Positions 19,601 through 30,031 of a stretch of DNA of 37,951 nucleotides are shown here, in pieces. Positions within the stretch are counted from its first letter, which is position 1. Each line of letters opens with the position of its first letter. Position numbers and translations under genes: made by a program. This DNA comes from Chrysochromulina tobinii. Its lineage: Eukaryota. The notes under the pieces are model-generated. The model saw only the letters and a list, made by a program, of their open reading frames with translations. It did no database searches and was not told the DNA's origin. The DNA is taken from contig JWZX01002472.1 in NCBI GenBank assembly GCA_001275005.1, positions 1 to 37,951 of the forward strand, written 5' to 3'.

Positions 19601-22600
19601 TAGATCCATGTCAGTGGCACTCCAAGGCACTCGGGGAGGCGAATGGAGGCACTCGGACCCACCCAGAGGCACTCAGAGGCACTCAGAGGCACTCAGAGGC
19701 ACTCAGAGGCACTCAGAGGCAATCAGAGGCAATCAGAGGCAATTGGAGGCAATCAGAGGCAATCAGACCCACTCAGAAGCACTCGGAGGCAATCCCACCT
19801 GATCCAAATCGAGGCATTGCTCCGTGTCCGCCTCGTCCCAAACGCCCTCATCCTCCGCCGCTGCCGCCGCTGCCGCCGCTGCGCCATGTGCCACACTCCC
19901 AGCACGGTACGCCTGCACGCACCGGTCGAGGGGGGCACAATCAGTGGCCATCAGTGGCCATCAGTGTCACAATCAGTGGCCATCAGTGGCCATCAGGAGA
20001 GCCATCAGTGGCAAGGAGAGGCGATGACCTGGCCGCACAGGTCGAGCCAGCAGCGGCGGATGGACGAGCGGCAGAGTGCCGTCACTTCTTCAAGCACCGG
20101 AGGCGGCGGACCGCCGAGCACAAGACCCCAATTAGGCAAGCCCTCGCCGTCGTACCATGCGGGCAGTGACATCCACGGAACTGTGAACAGCGCAGGAGGC
20201 AGGGCGGGCACCGGCGAAGGTTGCGACCCCAATCGAGCTCGGCTCATCTCGACGTTGCCGTTGGTTTCGGCGTCGTGGTGGGCACCTTCGGCGCTCACCA
20301 CGGCGCCTTCCGCCGCAGTGTCGCTGGCAGCGGAGGCGGCGCCGTCGCGAGCGCCCCGTGCCCACCACGACGCCATGGACGCATTCGTTGAAGCGAGCCA
20401 TTGCCAGACGGCAGCCGAGCGGCTCGTCTCGTCGCCCATATTAGGCAACTCGCCACCGCCGCCCTCGCCTTCCCTGCCGCCCTCGCGGTCGCCGCCGTCA
20501 CCGCCATCGCCGCCGTTGCCGCCGTCGCCGCCCTCCTTCACAGAGTCTTCACAGGCCGCCTTCGTACGAGTCTCACCCGCCTTCACAGAGTCGACTACCA
20601 AATTAGGGTCGACGACCCAACTCAGCGCGTCGCCGCTGACCTTTGTGAGGCCGACGCTCGTGTAGTACTCTGGAGGGAGGAGACTTCCTAATATGGGAGG
20701 GAGGAGACTGCCTTTCGCGCCCGAGTCCTCCACGTCGGCGATTGGTTGCGGGGGGGGAGGCGTGGGAGAGGGCGGTCGGAGTTCGGTACTGCCTAATATG
20801 GGAGAGGGCGGTCGGAGTTCGGTACTGCCTAATATGGGAGAGGGCGGTCGGAGTTCGGTCGCTCGGGCGGCGAGAGGAGCGCCGTGGTGAGCACATGCAT
20901 GCAGGGCGCCACCCGCGTCGCTCGCTTGGGCGGCGAGTGGAGCGCCGTGGTGAGCGCCGCCGCTCTCGCCGCCGATCGTCGTGAGGAAGGGCTGCTCCAC
21001 CGGATTGCCTAACATGGACTGCTCCACCGGATTGCCTGGCTTGACCCGCGCTGTCGAGAGCTTCTGTGGCGTCAAACCTCCACTGGCCGCCTTGGCCGCT
21101 CTCTCTGCATGCACGTGCTCACCACGGCGCTCCGCAACGTCATCATCACTGGCCGCCTTGGCCGCTCTCGCTGCTTCACGCGCCGCCTCGGCGTCCTCTG
21201 CATGCAAGTGCTCACCACGGCGCGTCGCTCTCGCTGCTTCGCGCGCCGCCTCGGCAGCCGCCGCCGCAAGCTCAATGATAGCGGCGACAGCCTCACTGGC
21301 CTCCTCCGGCGACGAGCGCTCGCATTGTCCCAAATTAGGGTCTGTCGAGCCCGGGCCCACCGGTGGCGCCACGTCATCACCACGGAGGAGCTCGGGTGCG
21401 CGTGAGGGTAGTGGCCGCGGGCACTCCTCCTCTGCATGCACGTGCTCACCATGGCGCTCCTCCACGTCCTCTCGTGAGGGTTGCGGCCGCGGGCAGGCCT
21501 CCTCCTCATCCGCTGCTGCCGCCTTGACGAGCTCCTCGTCCGCCGCCACCTCCACCACGCCCTCTTCCCACTCCTCCTCTGCATGCACGTGCTCACCACG
21601 GCGCTCCGCCACGCCCTCTTCCCACGCGATGGCGGCTTCGTCCACCACCACCAGCGGCACGCAGGCTGCGTTGAGGGCGACTGCGTCGAGGTCGTCGGCG
21701 CCGTGCTGGGCGTCACTCCTAAATAGGCAGGTGGAGCTCGGGACGGCGCTCGGAAGGTCAGGGGGTAGACCGGGGAAGGCGCCGTGCTGAGCGGAGATGT
21801 GGGGAGGTTGGGCGGCGATGCGAGCGCTAGCAGCGGGGGAGACGGAAGAAGTGTGAATGTGAATGCGAGCACTAGCAACGGGGGAGACGGCAGAGGTGTG
21901 AATGTGAATGCGAGCGCTAGCAGCGGGGGAGACGGCAGCGGAGGCGGCAGTGGAGGCGGCAGCGGAGGTAGAGGCGATGGCGGAGGCGGCAGCGGAGGCG
22001 ATGGCCGCCGCTGCGGCGTCCGCGTGCGACGAGCTGCCCGCGACGACGCCACTCAGCCCAGGGATCGCCATGCCAAGGACCGACCCAGCCGCCGAGGGCG
22101 TCACCTCGGGGGGCATCTCGGGGGGCACCTCGGGGGGCTCTAGGTATGCCGAGTACAGGTGCACGTACGCGTCGAGCATGTGCTGGATGAGTGCAACGGG
22201 CGCCGTCGGCAAGGTCGAGTGGAAGTTGCCGAGCAAGAGCGAGAAGTGGTTACGCATGCAACGGCAGATCTCATCGAGGGCGCGCGCCTCGACGCTCGCG
22301 ACGGCGCCCTGGTGCGCCGGCGTGCCGGGGTGCGGCGCCGTGTTGGGCGATTGCGCCGTGTGGGGTCGTGGCGCCGTGTTGGGCAGTGGCGCCGTGTTGT
22401 TGGGCAGCTGCTCGAGGCGCCGTAGCAGCGCGGCGGCGAGGTCGATGCTTTCGGGGTGGCGTCGGTGCATCGCAAAGGTGGCCTCCGCGAGGCAGATCCG
22501 GTGCACCTCGATGGGGACTCGTAGGCAGCGTCGCACGCGCGCGAGCAGGATGACGATCGCCTCCGTGCAGTCGAGAGGCACACCATCGTCACCAAATGTA

Positions 22601-22975
22601 GCGAGGAGCAGCAGAGCGTACAGCTTGAGCGAGATTGGGTAGGGCAGCTCCAGACGATGCTCGAACGCCGCCGTGGCCACCTCGTCCTCGAGGGAAGCGT
22701 ATGCCTCCCACACGCACCCGTGCAGCGCGCGCACCAGCGAGGTGTACTCGACCTTCCACAGATGAGACGCGCTCCGAGATGGGATCTCCGCGCTCCGAGA
22801 TGGGATCTCCGCAGGGAGCACCGGGGTCCACTTAGCCGTTGGCGGAGGTGCACCTCGAGAAGGCGCCGTGCTGAGCGCCGTGCTGACGGAGGGCACGGGA
22901 GCGAAGATCGGCGTCGTCGTGGCGCACGAGATGCTCAAGCTATTGCTCAAGCTATTGCTGAATGGCGGAAGCGGC

Positions 22976-23008
<33 letters not shown>

Positions 23009-23820
23009 GAGGCGGTGGAGGCGGCGGCGGTGCGCGCGGCCGTTTCGGCTGCCTCCACAGCGAGGGTGGACGCCTCGAGCGCCGTCTCGAGCGCTGCGAT
23101 CGCAGGGTACCCTGCCACGTGCTGCAGGATGCGCTGGCAATGGCGGCGGAGCTCGGCGATCAGTTTCGTCACGTGTGGAGTGTCGCCCGGCGCACCGCCG
23201 CCGCCGGCGTCGCGGCCAGCCGCTGCGCCGGAGCTGGCGGCCAGCGCGCTCGCGGCGCTATTGGCAGCCTCCGGCCCGCAGCCCGCGCCCGCGCCGGCGC
23301 CGGAGTAGGAAGACGCGGACGCGCCCGAGTGGCGCAGGACTCCGATCAGCCCGGCGAGCGTGAGCGCGATCTGCCGCTCGGCCCACGCGCAAAAGGCCTC
23401 GGGCGATGCAAAGTCCGCCGGTCGCTTCTGTACGAGTAGCAGCAGCCTGTAGTGAAGGTACGGCTGCAGCTGCTCGAGGTGGGCCGGGTCGTCGTAGCCC
23501 TCCAGACGCAGCGTCGCCGCAATCACCTCGGGCAATGTGGAGGGCGTGACGCCGAGAAGATGGCCAAGCACGTGCCGGAGCGCGCGATTGTCGCGCTCCG
23601 ACAGCTTGTGCAGCTGCGCCGGCATGCACAGAAGCAGCGCCTCGCAGCTCAGCATGTGCAGCTGCTGCCAGTCGAGCCGCAGGTCGTCCTCCACGTCGGC
23701 AAAGGGCAGCCGGCCCTCGCCGTGCACGCGCGCCACCGGCTGCGAAAGGGCCATGTCCTGTCGCGAGCCCGTCCGGCTCGAGGGTTGCTCCTTGGGCAGC
23801 ATGCTGGCGAAGAAGTCCAT
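16614..23820 (-). CDS. PATROL1/DUF810-like Munc13-homology (MUN) vesicle-tethering protein; exons 23820-20029, 19912-19799, 19446-19327, 19191-19036, 18871-18674, 18598-18223 (1-nt frameshift near 18330), 18088-17747, 17615-17379, 17252-16794, 16697-16614
   Basis: Collinear DUF810-type blocks: RPADFASPEAFCAWAERQIALTLAGL, PYPISLKLYALLL, VHRICLAEATF, LFHPVFAQYAP, RWEP, KVVLVDL...LY, HVLLHSGPERSFDPPD...DLQQLRAFF, VLAHRSDEVA. Nine GT-AG introns mapped by hand. Confidence 0.85.
19431..19588 (-). repeat. 45-bp tandem repeat duplicating the acceptor site and exon start (4 copies)
   Basis: gtgtgagcacgagtagctgatg at 19431, 19476, 19521 and 19566 (last copy with one mismatch). Confidence 0.95.
19613..19795 (-). 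repeat. Intronic decamer array (GCACTCAGAG/GCAATCAGAG on +)
   Basis: More than 10 tandem 10-nt units inside PATROL1-like intron 19447-19798. Confidence 0.95.
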
Positions 23821-23855
23821 CCCGTCGGCTGTGTGAATAGTGTCGGTTCAGTCAA

Positions 23856-24053
23856 AAGTCAAGTCAAGTCACGGCGCTTCATCGGCTCGAGTTTGGCCCC
23901 CTACTTCTCTCCTACTTGTTCTCCGAGGGCACGTAAGTCAGCATTCACGACGTGTCGCCTGGATCCCACTCCGGGCTCCACCATCTCCATCGACTCCCGT
24001 CCTCGCCAGCGTGCTTCCAATAGGCCTGCGCTGTTGTTTTGTTGACTTGACTT
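23856..24053. promoter_or_regulatory. Divergent promoter region with oppositely oriented GACTT pentamer runs
   Basis: (aagtc)3 at 23856-23870 beside the minus-strand gene start, and ttgacttgactt at 24042-24053 before the plus-strand gene; regulatory role inferred. Confidence 0.35.
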
Positions 24054-24172
24054 TTCGGGCGGCCGCGTTCGTTACATGTACATCTTTGGCGCGTCGTACA
24101 GCCGACCCTCTTTTGGCAGTTCCGTTCCTTCGAGACCTGAGGAGCCTGTTCGCCGTCTTTCGTCGGACGAGC

Positions 24173-25378
24173 ATGATCGACGTCAACGGCCAGACGGTCT
24201 CGCTGCTCAAGGGGCTGCCCCCGACCAAGACCAGCCACCATCACCGTGACTTCAAGACGGCCTTCGGCTCGGCGGCGCCATCCTTCATAAATTACTCCCT
24301 GCTCAAGCCCATGCCGCCAAAGGCGCACCAGATGCGGCCCAAGCGCCCAACGTCGGCGCCGAAGAGCGCAAGCTCGCAGCGCATTGATACAGAGGCCGAG
24401 CCTGGCGTAAAATCAGCCCGCGTCATACCTCGTATCACTCATGCCGCTCACCAAGCCAGCACGGTCGGTGTCGGCTATCGTCTCATGCCCATAAGGGTGA
24501 TCTACCCGGAGGAGGTGCCCACTCGCTCGCCTCGTGCGCCTGGCCCGCCCACGCTCACGACTGCGACGCGCATCCGCGAGAACGATCCGCGCCCGCCGCC
24601 GCCGCGTGCCGCCCGCCCCGATTCGACGAGCACGGCACGCGCAGGCCTTCATGCGCCGCGCCGGCAGCGGTTGCGTGCTGCCAAGGGGATGGAAGGTGCT
24701 GCGGCGCCGAGCGCGGCGGCCGCCGTCATCGAGTGGCGGCCAGCATCGAGTGACGGTGCGGCCGGACCGAGCGCTGCGCCCACGCCCGCTTCCAGCGCGT
24801 CTACTGCGCTGGCGCCGACGGCGCCGTGCCGGGCACCGACACCATGGGTGACCATTGGTGTTGAGGTACCTGCAGATGATCTGCTGTTCCACACCGAGCC
24901 TGGGCCCGCGCCACCGATGCAGCTCTCGCTGAGCGTGCTCGATGGGCTCTGCACGTGCTCGATGCACGTGCCGGAGGGTGGGACCCAGCGCACGCTGCTC
25001 CGCCCCTGGATCAACCTCTCGCTCAGCCTCTCCGACAGCGCCGTATCGAGCGCCCCTGGGCCTGAGGACGACGTGGCGGCGACGCATATTCAGGCACACT
25101 GGAGGGCCAGGGAGGCTCGGCGGGAGGCGGACGAGGAGCGCGCGCGCCTCGAGGCCCTCGAGTGCATCGAGCAGCAGGCGCTCGCGCATCTGCGCAAGCA
25201 ACTCGCGGGCAACTTGGCTGTCCTCGACCAGCTCCTCGATCACATGTGCCTCGAGGAGCTGGTCGAGGAGGAGGCGGCCGCGCTCACGATCCAGCGAAAT
25301 TACAAGCTCGGCGGGTTGAAGGCTACGAGCCCCGCGCGGAGCACGGAAAAGAAGAGGGGTGGGGGTGTGTCTCGCTGA
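24173..25378 (+). CDS. Hypothetical Pro-rich protein with IQ-like motifs
   Basis: ATG 24173 (MIDVNGQTVSLL); AATHIQAHWRAREARRE and AALTIQRNYK; GC3-rich codon usage. Confidence 0.7.
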   Translation: MIDVNGQTVSLLKGLPPTKTSHHHRDFKTAFGSAAPSFINYSLLKPMPPKAHQMRPKRPTSAPKSASSQRIDTEAEPGVKSARVIPRITHAAHQASTVGVGYRLMPIRVIYPEEVPTRSPRAPGPPTLTTATRIRENDPRPPPPRAARPDSTSTARAGLHAPRRQRLRAAKGMEGAAAPSAAAAVIEWRPASSDGAAGPSAAPTPASSASTALAPTAPCRAPTPWVTIGVEVPADDLLFHTEPGPAPPMQLSLSVLDGLCTCSMHVPEGGTQRTLLRPWINLSLSLSDSAVSSAPGPEDDVAATHIQAHWRAREARREADEERARLEALECIEQQALAHLRKQLAGNLAVLDQLLDHMCLEELVEEEAAALTIQRNYKLGGLKATSPARSTEKKRGGGVSR

Positions 25379-26206
25379 ACTTCGCTGCCGACGTGCTGTG
25401 TTGCCGCGCGACCCAAATATGTGCAAAGGAGAGTGGTTTAAAAGCAAAAAGGTGTTGACCCAAAGTACTACCTCTCGAGGACGCACCTCAATCCTCACCA
25501 AATAGCGAACAGAACCGTGAACCGGATGCCTCTTCGCTCTTGCCTGCACCATGGCCTGCACAGAGCCTTTGACCCGTCGCCGGACGCCGCGGTACACGCC
25601 CTCCATTGCGTTCCCGGAAAGCGAGTCGTGTTAAGAGAGCAGCCAGCAGGACACGCATCGTCGATCGTGGCGATTGGGGCGGGCGGGCGGCAGCGACGAG
25701 CAAGCCATTGGAGCGAGCACCGGGATCACCCTGTGTGCTGGGAGAGTGGGAGAGACCGACCTCAATCTAGCGAAATTGAGTACAAGCCCGTACTAAGCCC
25801 GAGCAAGCGAGTGCGAGATGTACTCAGTACTTGTGTTGACCGAGGGGTGCGGAGCCGTCCGTTGAGTCGGTGGTGTGTTGAGTGCGGGGGGACCGCGATG
25901 AAACTGAATCACTGACTGACTGGACGAGAGCACGAGACTTCAAAACTGACTTTAATCTTTATGATGTACATGTAGAGTTGAGTGCTGGGCTGCGGCTCTG
26001 GGAGCGGTCAGTTGAGGGGCGGGAGTCACACATTGGATGAGTTAATGTTCGTGCCAGGTTGAGGGTTCGGGTTCGTTTTAGGTTACAATGAACGCCTCGC
26101 GGTAATCAGTCAATCAGGAGTTGCAACTTGCAAGTTCTTCTCCTGGGACCCCGACGCGTCGGAAGTTCGGAACGAGCATCGAGGCCCGAGGTAGCCACGG
26201 CACCAC

Positions 26207-27767
26207 ATGTCGGTCACCAGCCTAAGCGCAACCTTGCCACGCCCTACGAGCCCCACCCTATTCAACGGCACGCTCTGGGGCTCGGTCGAGTTCGAGCGCA
26301 AGGAGAAGCGCCTTCCGGGGTACGAGGAGGTGATGGATCGCATGAACGCAAAGTGTGGACGGCGCATCCAGTCGGCTGCGGTCATGCTGGACCGCGACGT
26401 CGAAAGAATCGAAAGAGGCGAGAAGTTCGCATGCAAGCTTGCGGATAAGCGTAAGGCTGATCTCAGCTCGATGGAGCTGCTCGACCACATGCGGCAGAGT
26501 ACCGCTCGCTCGGCGCGGAGGACGCTCCTCAGGTCGCGCGACGGTCGCGTGGCCGGCAACTCGCGGTCGCCCACGCTGCGGACCTCGCAGACCGACCAGC
26601 AGCTCTCCGAAGCCATCCGCGAGACGGCGCGAGAGAGCCTCCGTAAGGACGAGTTACGGAAGAGGCAAGAGTGGGCCCAGCGCGCCGTCGACCTTGTGAG
26701 TGCTGCCCGCCACAGGCACAATGCGCCTTCCTTGTGTCCCCATCCCACCGCCACCGCCCCGCCCCGCCCTGCTCGTCACCTCGCGCGTTGTGCAGGCGGA
26801 GCTGCGTGCGTCGGAGCTCGAGTTCCAGCGGCAGATGGCGGAGGCGCGTAAGGAGATGGCAGCGCAGCAAGAGCGCGAGCAGATGCAGCGCAGGGTCGAG
26901 ATCGAAGAGGCGCGCAAGCGAGGCCAGGTGATGGCCACTGATCACCTTCGTTAGCCTCTGATGGCCTCAGAGGCCCCCTGATTGCATCTGACGGAACGCC
27001 CGCGCCCTCGAGGCCTGCTGACGGCAGCAGGACAACTCGTCCTAGCGGGAGGCCTCTAATGGCGTCTGATGGCGTCTGATGGCGTCTGATGGCGTCTGAT
27101 GGCCTCTAATGGCGTCTGATGGCGTCTGATGGCGTCTGATGGCGTCTGATGGCGTCTGATGGCCTCTGATGGCCTCTGATGGCCTCTGATGGCCTCTGAT
27201 GGCCTCTGATGGCAGCTGACTGTATCTCCGTGCTCGCGAGGGTAGCTGGACAACTCGACCGAGCGCGAGGCTGAGCGTATGGTCGTCGAGAAGAAGCGGC
27301 AGGAGCACTCGATGGTGCTCAAAGAGGCGATGGACGCTCGTCTCAGGGAGAAGGAGGCGCGCGAGCTAGCACGCAAGGAGCGCTCTGTGGCCGAGGCGGT
27401 CGCGCGCGAGGCCGCCGACGCGGTGCGCCGTCGCGAGCGCGAGAGCCTCAGGCTGATCACCGCGTCCAACCGGGCAGCAGAGCTAGCGCGGGCGTCGGAA
27501 AAGGTGTGGCTGGAGGCGCAGGCGGCGGCGTCGAGCGCCGAAGCAGAGCTGCTCAAAAAGCGCCAGGCACTGAGCATCCTTTATGGCGACGAGCCCCGCC
27601 CCGTCGATTCGCTCCTGGCCATCGACAAGCTCAAGAAGCGCCTCGACGAGAAGCGGACGCGCGAGGCGAGCGCCAAACAAGGCCTCGAGATGGCGACCGC
27701 GGCGGCGGCGGCGGCAGAGAGGAAGGCGGAAGAGGCAGTGGGCGTGGCGAAGACGCCCCGCCACTAA
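26207..27767 (+). CDS. Charged coiled-coil protein; exons 26207-26695, 26796-26927, 27246-27767
   Basis: Introns GTGAGT...TGCAG (26696-26795) and GTGATG...GGTAG (26928-27245) join three ORF pieces in frame; E/R/K/A-rich helical sequence. Confidence 0.75.
27049..27213 (+). repeat. Intronic decamer array (GGCGTCTGAT/GGCCTCTGAT) x ~16
   Basis: Directly visible tandem 10-mers within intron 26928-27245. Confidence 0.97.
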
Positions 27768-28018
27768 GAGCGTCGCCACGGGCACCCTCGCGGCCGAAGA
27801 GTCGAGCGACACACGAGAAACATTCTGACGTTACGAAAGGGGGTCAGAATCGAGTTGAACGGCACAGAGCCCTGCGCAGATCCCATACGCCATGAGGACG
27901 TGTCCAGGCCAGGTCTCCAGGGCGTGACGTACTGTGCTCTTGTGCAACGCGAGGGCTGTGGGCTTGCAAAAACGTACTTGAAACTAAAACTGGAACTTTG
28001 TGAGCTGCCTGGAGAGGA

Positions 28019-29653
28019 ATGGCAGGGGTGGAGGTAGTCGTCACGCGCAACGTGGATGAGCGCATCGCTACGGCCCACCAGCGGAACTGCTGCGGCCATA
28101 TCGTGATTGCTATTGCGCAGATGCTGTATCGCCCACTGGATCCGTCTCCGGACATCGCTCTCGAGAACGTGGCCAATGAGCCCGGACTGACAGCGCTTAT
28201 GGATGCTTCTGTGCACGGCGAGGCCGCAGTGGTTCGCAAGCTGCTGCAGAGCGGTGCGAGTGTGGGTCTCGTAAACCACTACGGTCGCAACGCCCTCATC
28301 CTGGCCACCATGGCAGGGCAGCGTGACATCGTGGCGTTGCTGCTTGCAGTCGATGCACCGATTGATGCAGTCGATGCGTGGGATCGGGACGCTCTGGGCT
28401 GGGCTGAGACCCGGGGGCACTTCCACATCGCCGAACTGCTCCGCGCGAAGGCGGACGCGCGACGAGCCGATCAGATACGGCGCCTCGGACGCCCGCAGCC
28501 TGGAGCCGCTGCACAAAACTCTGCTGCTTCTGCCGCCAAGCCGTCGTTATCGAAGCCTCAAGCCCTGCGGCAGCAGCAGCAGCGGCCGCAGCAGCAGGCT
28601 CCGTCGCCGTCGCCGCCGTCGCAGCAGCCGCAGCAGCCACCGCCGTCACCGCCGCCGCAGCAGCAGCCACCGCCGCCGTCGCCGCCACCGCCACCGCCGC
28701 CGCCGCCGCCGCCGCAGCAGCAGCAGCAAGAGCACCAGCAGCAGTTGCTGCCGCCACCGCCGCAGCCACCGCAGCCACCGCCGCCGCCGCCGCAGCAGCG
28801 GCAGCAGCATCAGCGGCCGCAGCAGCAGCGGCCGCAGCAGCAGCAGCAGCGGCGGCGGCAACAGCAGCAACGGCCGCAGCCGCAGCCACATGCACTTGAG
28901 GGCAGCAGCAGCAGCAGCAGCCTCGCTGCCGTCGGCGACGGTGCCGGCGGTGGCCTCAGAGGGGCCTTAAAGCCGTCGACCAAGGGGTTACACCACGGCG
29001 GTGCCCAGGACGGCGCGAACCCGCCTGCACCAGCTGACGAGGAGTTCCCCACAGCTGGCGTGGATTTCCCCACAGTGGAGGAGCCATCGGTGCCTGGACG
29101 CCCAGGACAGCGCTCGAGCTGGGTGAGGGGCGTGCTCTCGTCACGTGGCGCCGTCCTGGGCGCTGGGATCTTCTCATCTCGTTCGATCTCGTCTCGCCTT
29201 CGATCGGCCCCTCCGAGAGCGCACCCCAGCCAGCAGCATTCACATTCACACTCAAGCCAGCAGCCAGCTGCAGGCGGTACCGGTACACAGCCTAGTGGGC
29301 CATCATCGGCACCGCCCACAGGGCAGTGGGCATTTCAAGGACTGTTCGACGGGTTACTCGGTCGGCCCGCTATTCTGGACACGCCGCACTTTAGCCCCGC
29401 CGCGCCCTCACCCTCCAAGCTGCGCTTCTCTCCCGAGGCACTCGCAGCCGACGAGGCGGCTGCGGCGGTGCGCGCCGCCACCTCGCAACTGCCGAGTGCA
29501 GGCATGGGCTTCTTCGGGCAGAAGAAGGAAATCGTGTATGGCTGGGACGCCGAGCGGCCTGGCTGGGAATGGGGTCCCGAGCGTATCACCAGCGCTTCCG
29601 ACGTAGAGGCGCTCTACTACGACAAGCCGCCAGCAATAATAGTAGGAAAGTAG
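28019..29653 (+). CDS. Ankyrin-repeat protein with poly-Q/P low-complexity region
   Basis: Three ankyrin repeats: GLTALMDASVHGEAAVVRKLLQSGA, GRNALILATMAGQRDIVALLL, DRDALGWAETRGHFHIAELL. Confidence 0.85.
   Translation: MAGVEVVVTRNVDERIATAHQRNCCGHIVIAIAQMLYRPLDPSPDIALENVANEPGLTALMDASVHGEAAVVRKLLQSGASVGLVNHYGRNALILATMAGQRDIVALLLAVDAPIDAVDAWDRDALGWAETRGHFHIAELLRAKADARRADQIRRLGRPQPGAAAQNSAASAAKPSLSKPQALRQQQQRPQQQAPSPSPPSQQPQQPPPSPPPQQQPPPPSPPPPPPPPPPPQQQQQEHQQQLLPPPPQPPQPPPPPPQQRQQHQRPQQQRPQQQQQRRRQQQQRPQPQPHALEGSSSSSSLAAVGDGAGGGLRGALKPSTKGLHHGGAQDGANPPAPADEEFPTAGVDFPTVEEPSVPGRPGQRSSWVRGVLSSRGAVLGAGIFSSRSISSRLRSAPPRAHPSQQHSHSHSSQQPAAGGTGTQPSGPSSAPPTGQWAFQGLFDGLLGRPAILDTPHFSPAAPSPSKLRFSPEALAADEAAAAVRAATSQLPSAGMGFFGQKKEIVYGWDAERPGWEWGPERITSASDVEALYYDKPPAIIVGK
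28570..28921 (+). repeat. CAG/CCG trinucleotide low-complexity tract (poly-Q/P)
   Basis: Runs of cag and ccg codons within the ankyrin gene. Confidence 0.95.
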
Positions 29654-30031
29654 GGCGCAGGGATAGTGGACACAGCGCCCCGATCCTCTTTCCGTTCGGG
29701 GACGAGGACGGATCATGGTATAGGTTGCTCGACTACATGTAGCTTGTAGAATCACTTGACGGATGTGCAGCGCCAAGTGTGTGCGTAATCGGTGAGCACT
29801 GTGCTCTCCGCTCCGGCTTGAAAATAATGCGAACACCAACCCGCGCGGCGAAAACCGTAAACCCGCGAAATAACGCGTCGCTCGGCACGCGGGGTCTGGG
29901 CGTTCGCGACGGTCGCGCGCGCTTACTCGTCGCGTCGACACGAGGGTCAGGATGGGCAACGCACCGCCGAGGCTACAGCTGCTGAGACGCTCCACATCAA
30001 ACCCATCCGATACCAATTTTCACGCCTCATC

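Noticed and set aside
19431..19800. Possible CRISPR array
   Set aside because: Units are directly tandem without unique spacers, lie in a spliceosomal intron, and no cas genes are present.
1..25378. Possible functional Ca2+/mechanosensing gene cluster (Sfi1-like, IQ, EF-hand, MscS, Munc13-like)
   Set aside because: These families are abundant in flagellate genomes and are interleaved with unrelated genes; no evidence of co-regulation from sequence alone.
27049..27213. ORFs with SEAIRGHQR / SDAIRRHQT repeats (also 19585-20169 and 15258-15761)
   Set aside because: Translations of intronic decamer arrays, not real proteins.
28296..28970. Poly-Ala and poly-Arg/Ser ORFs
   Set aside because: Alternative frames of the CAG/CCG tract in the ankyrin gene.
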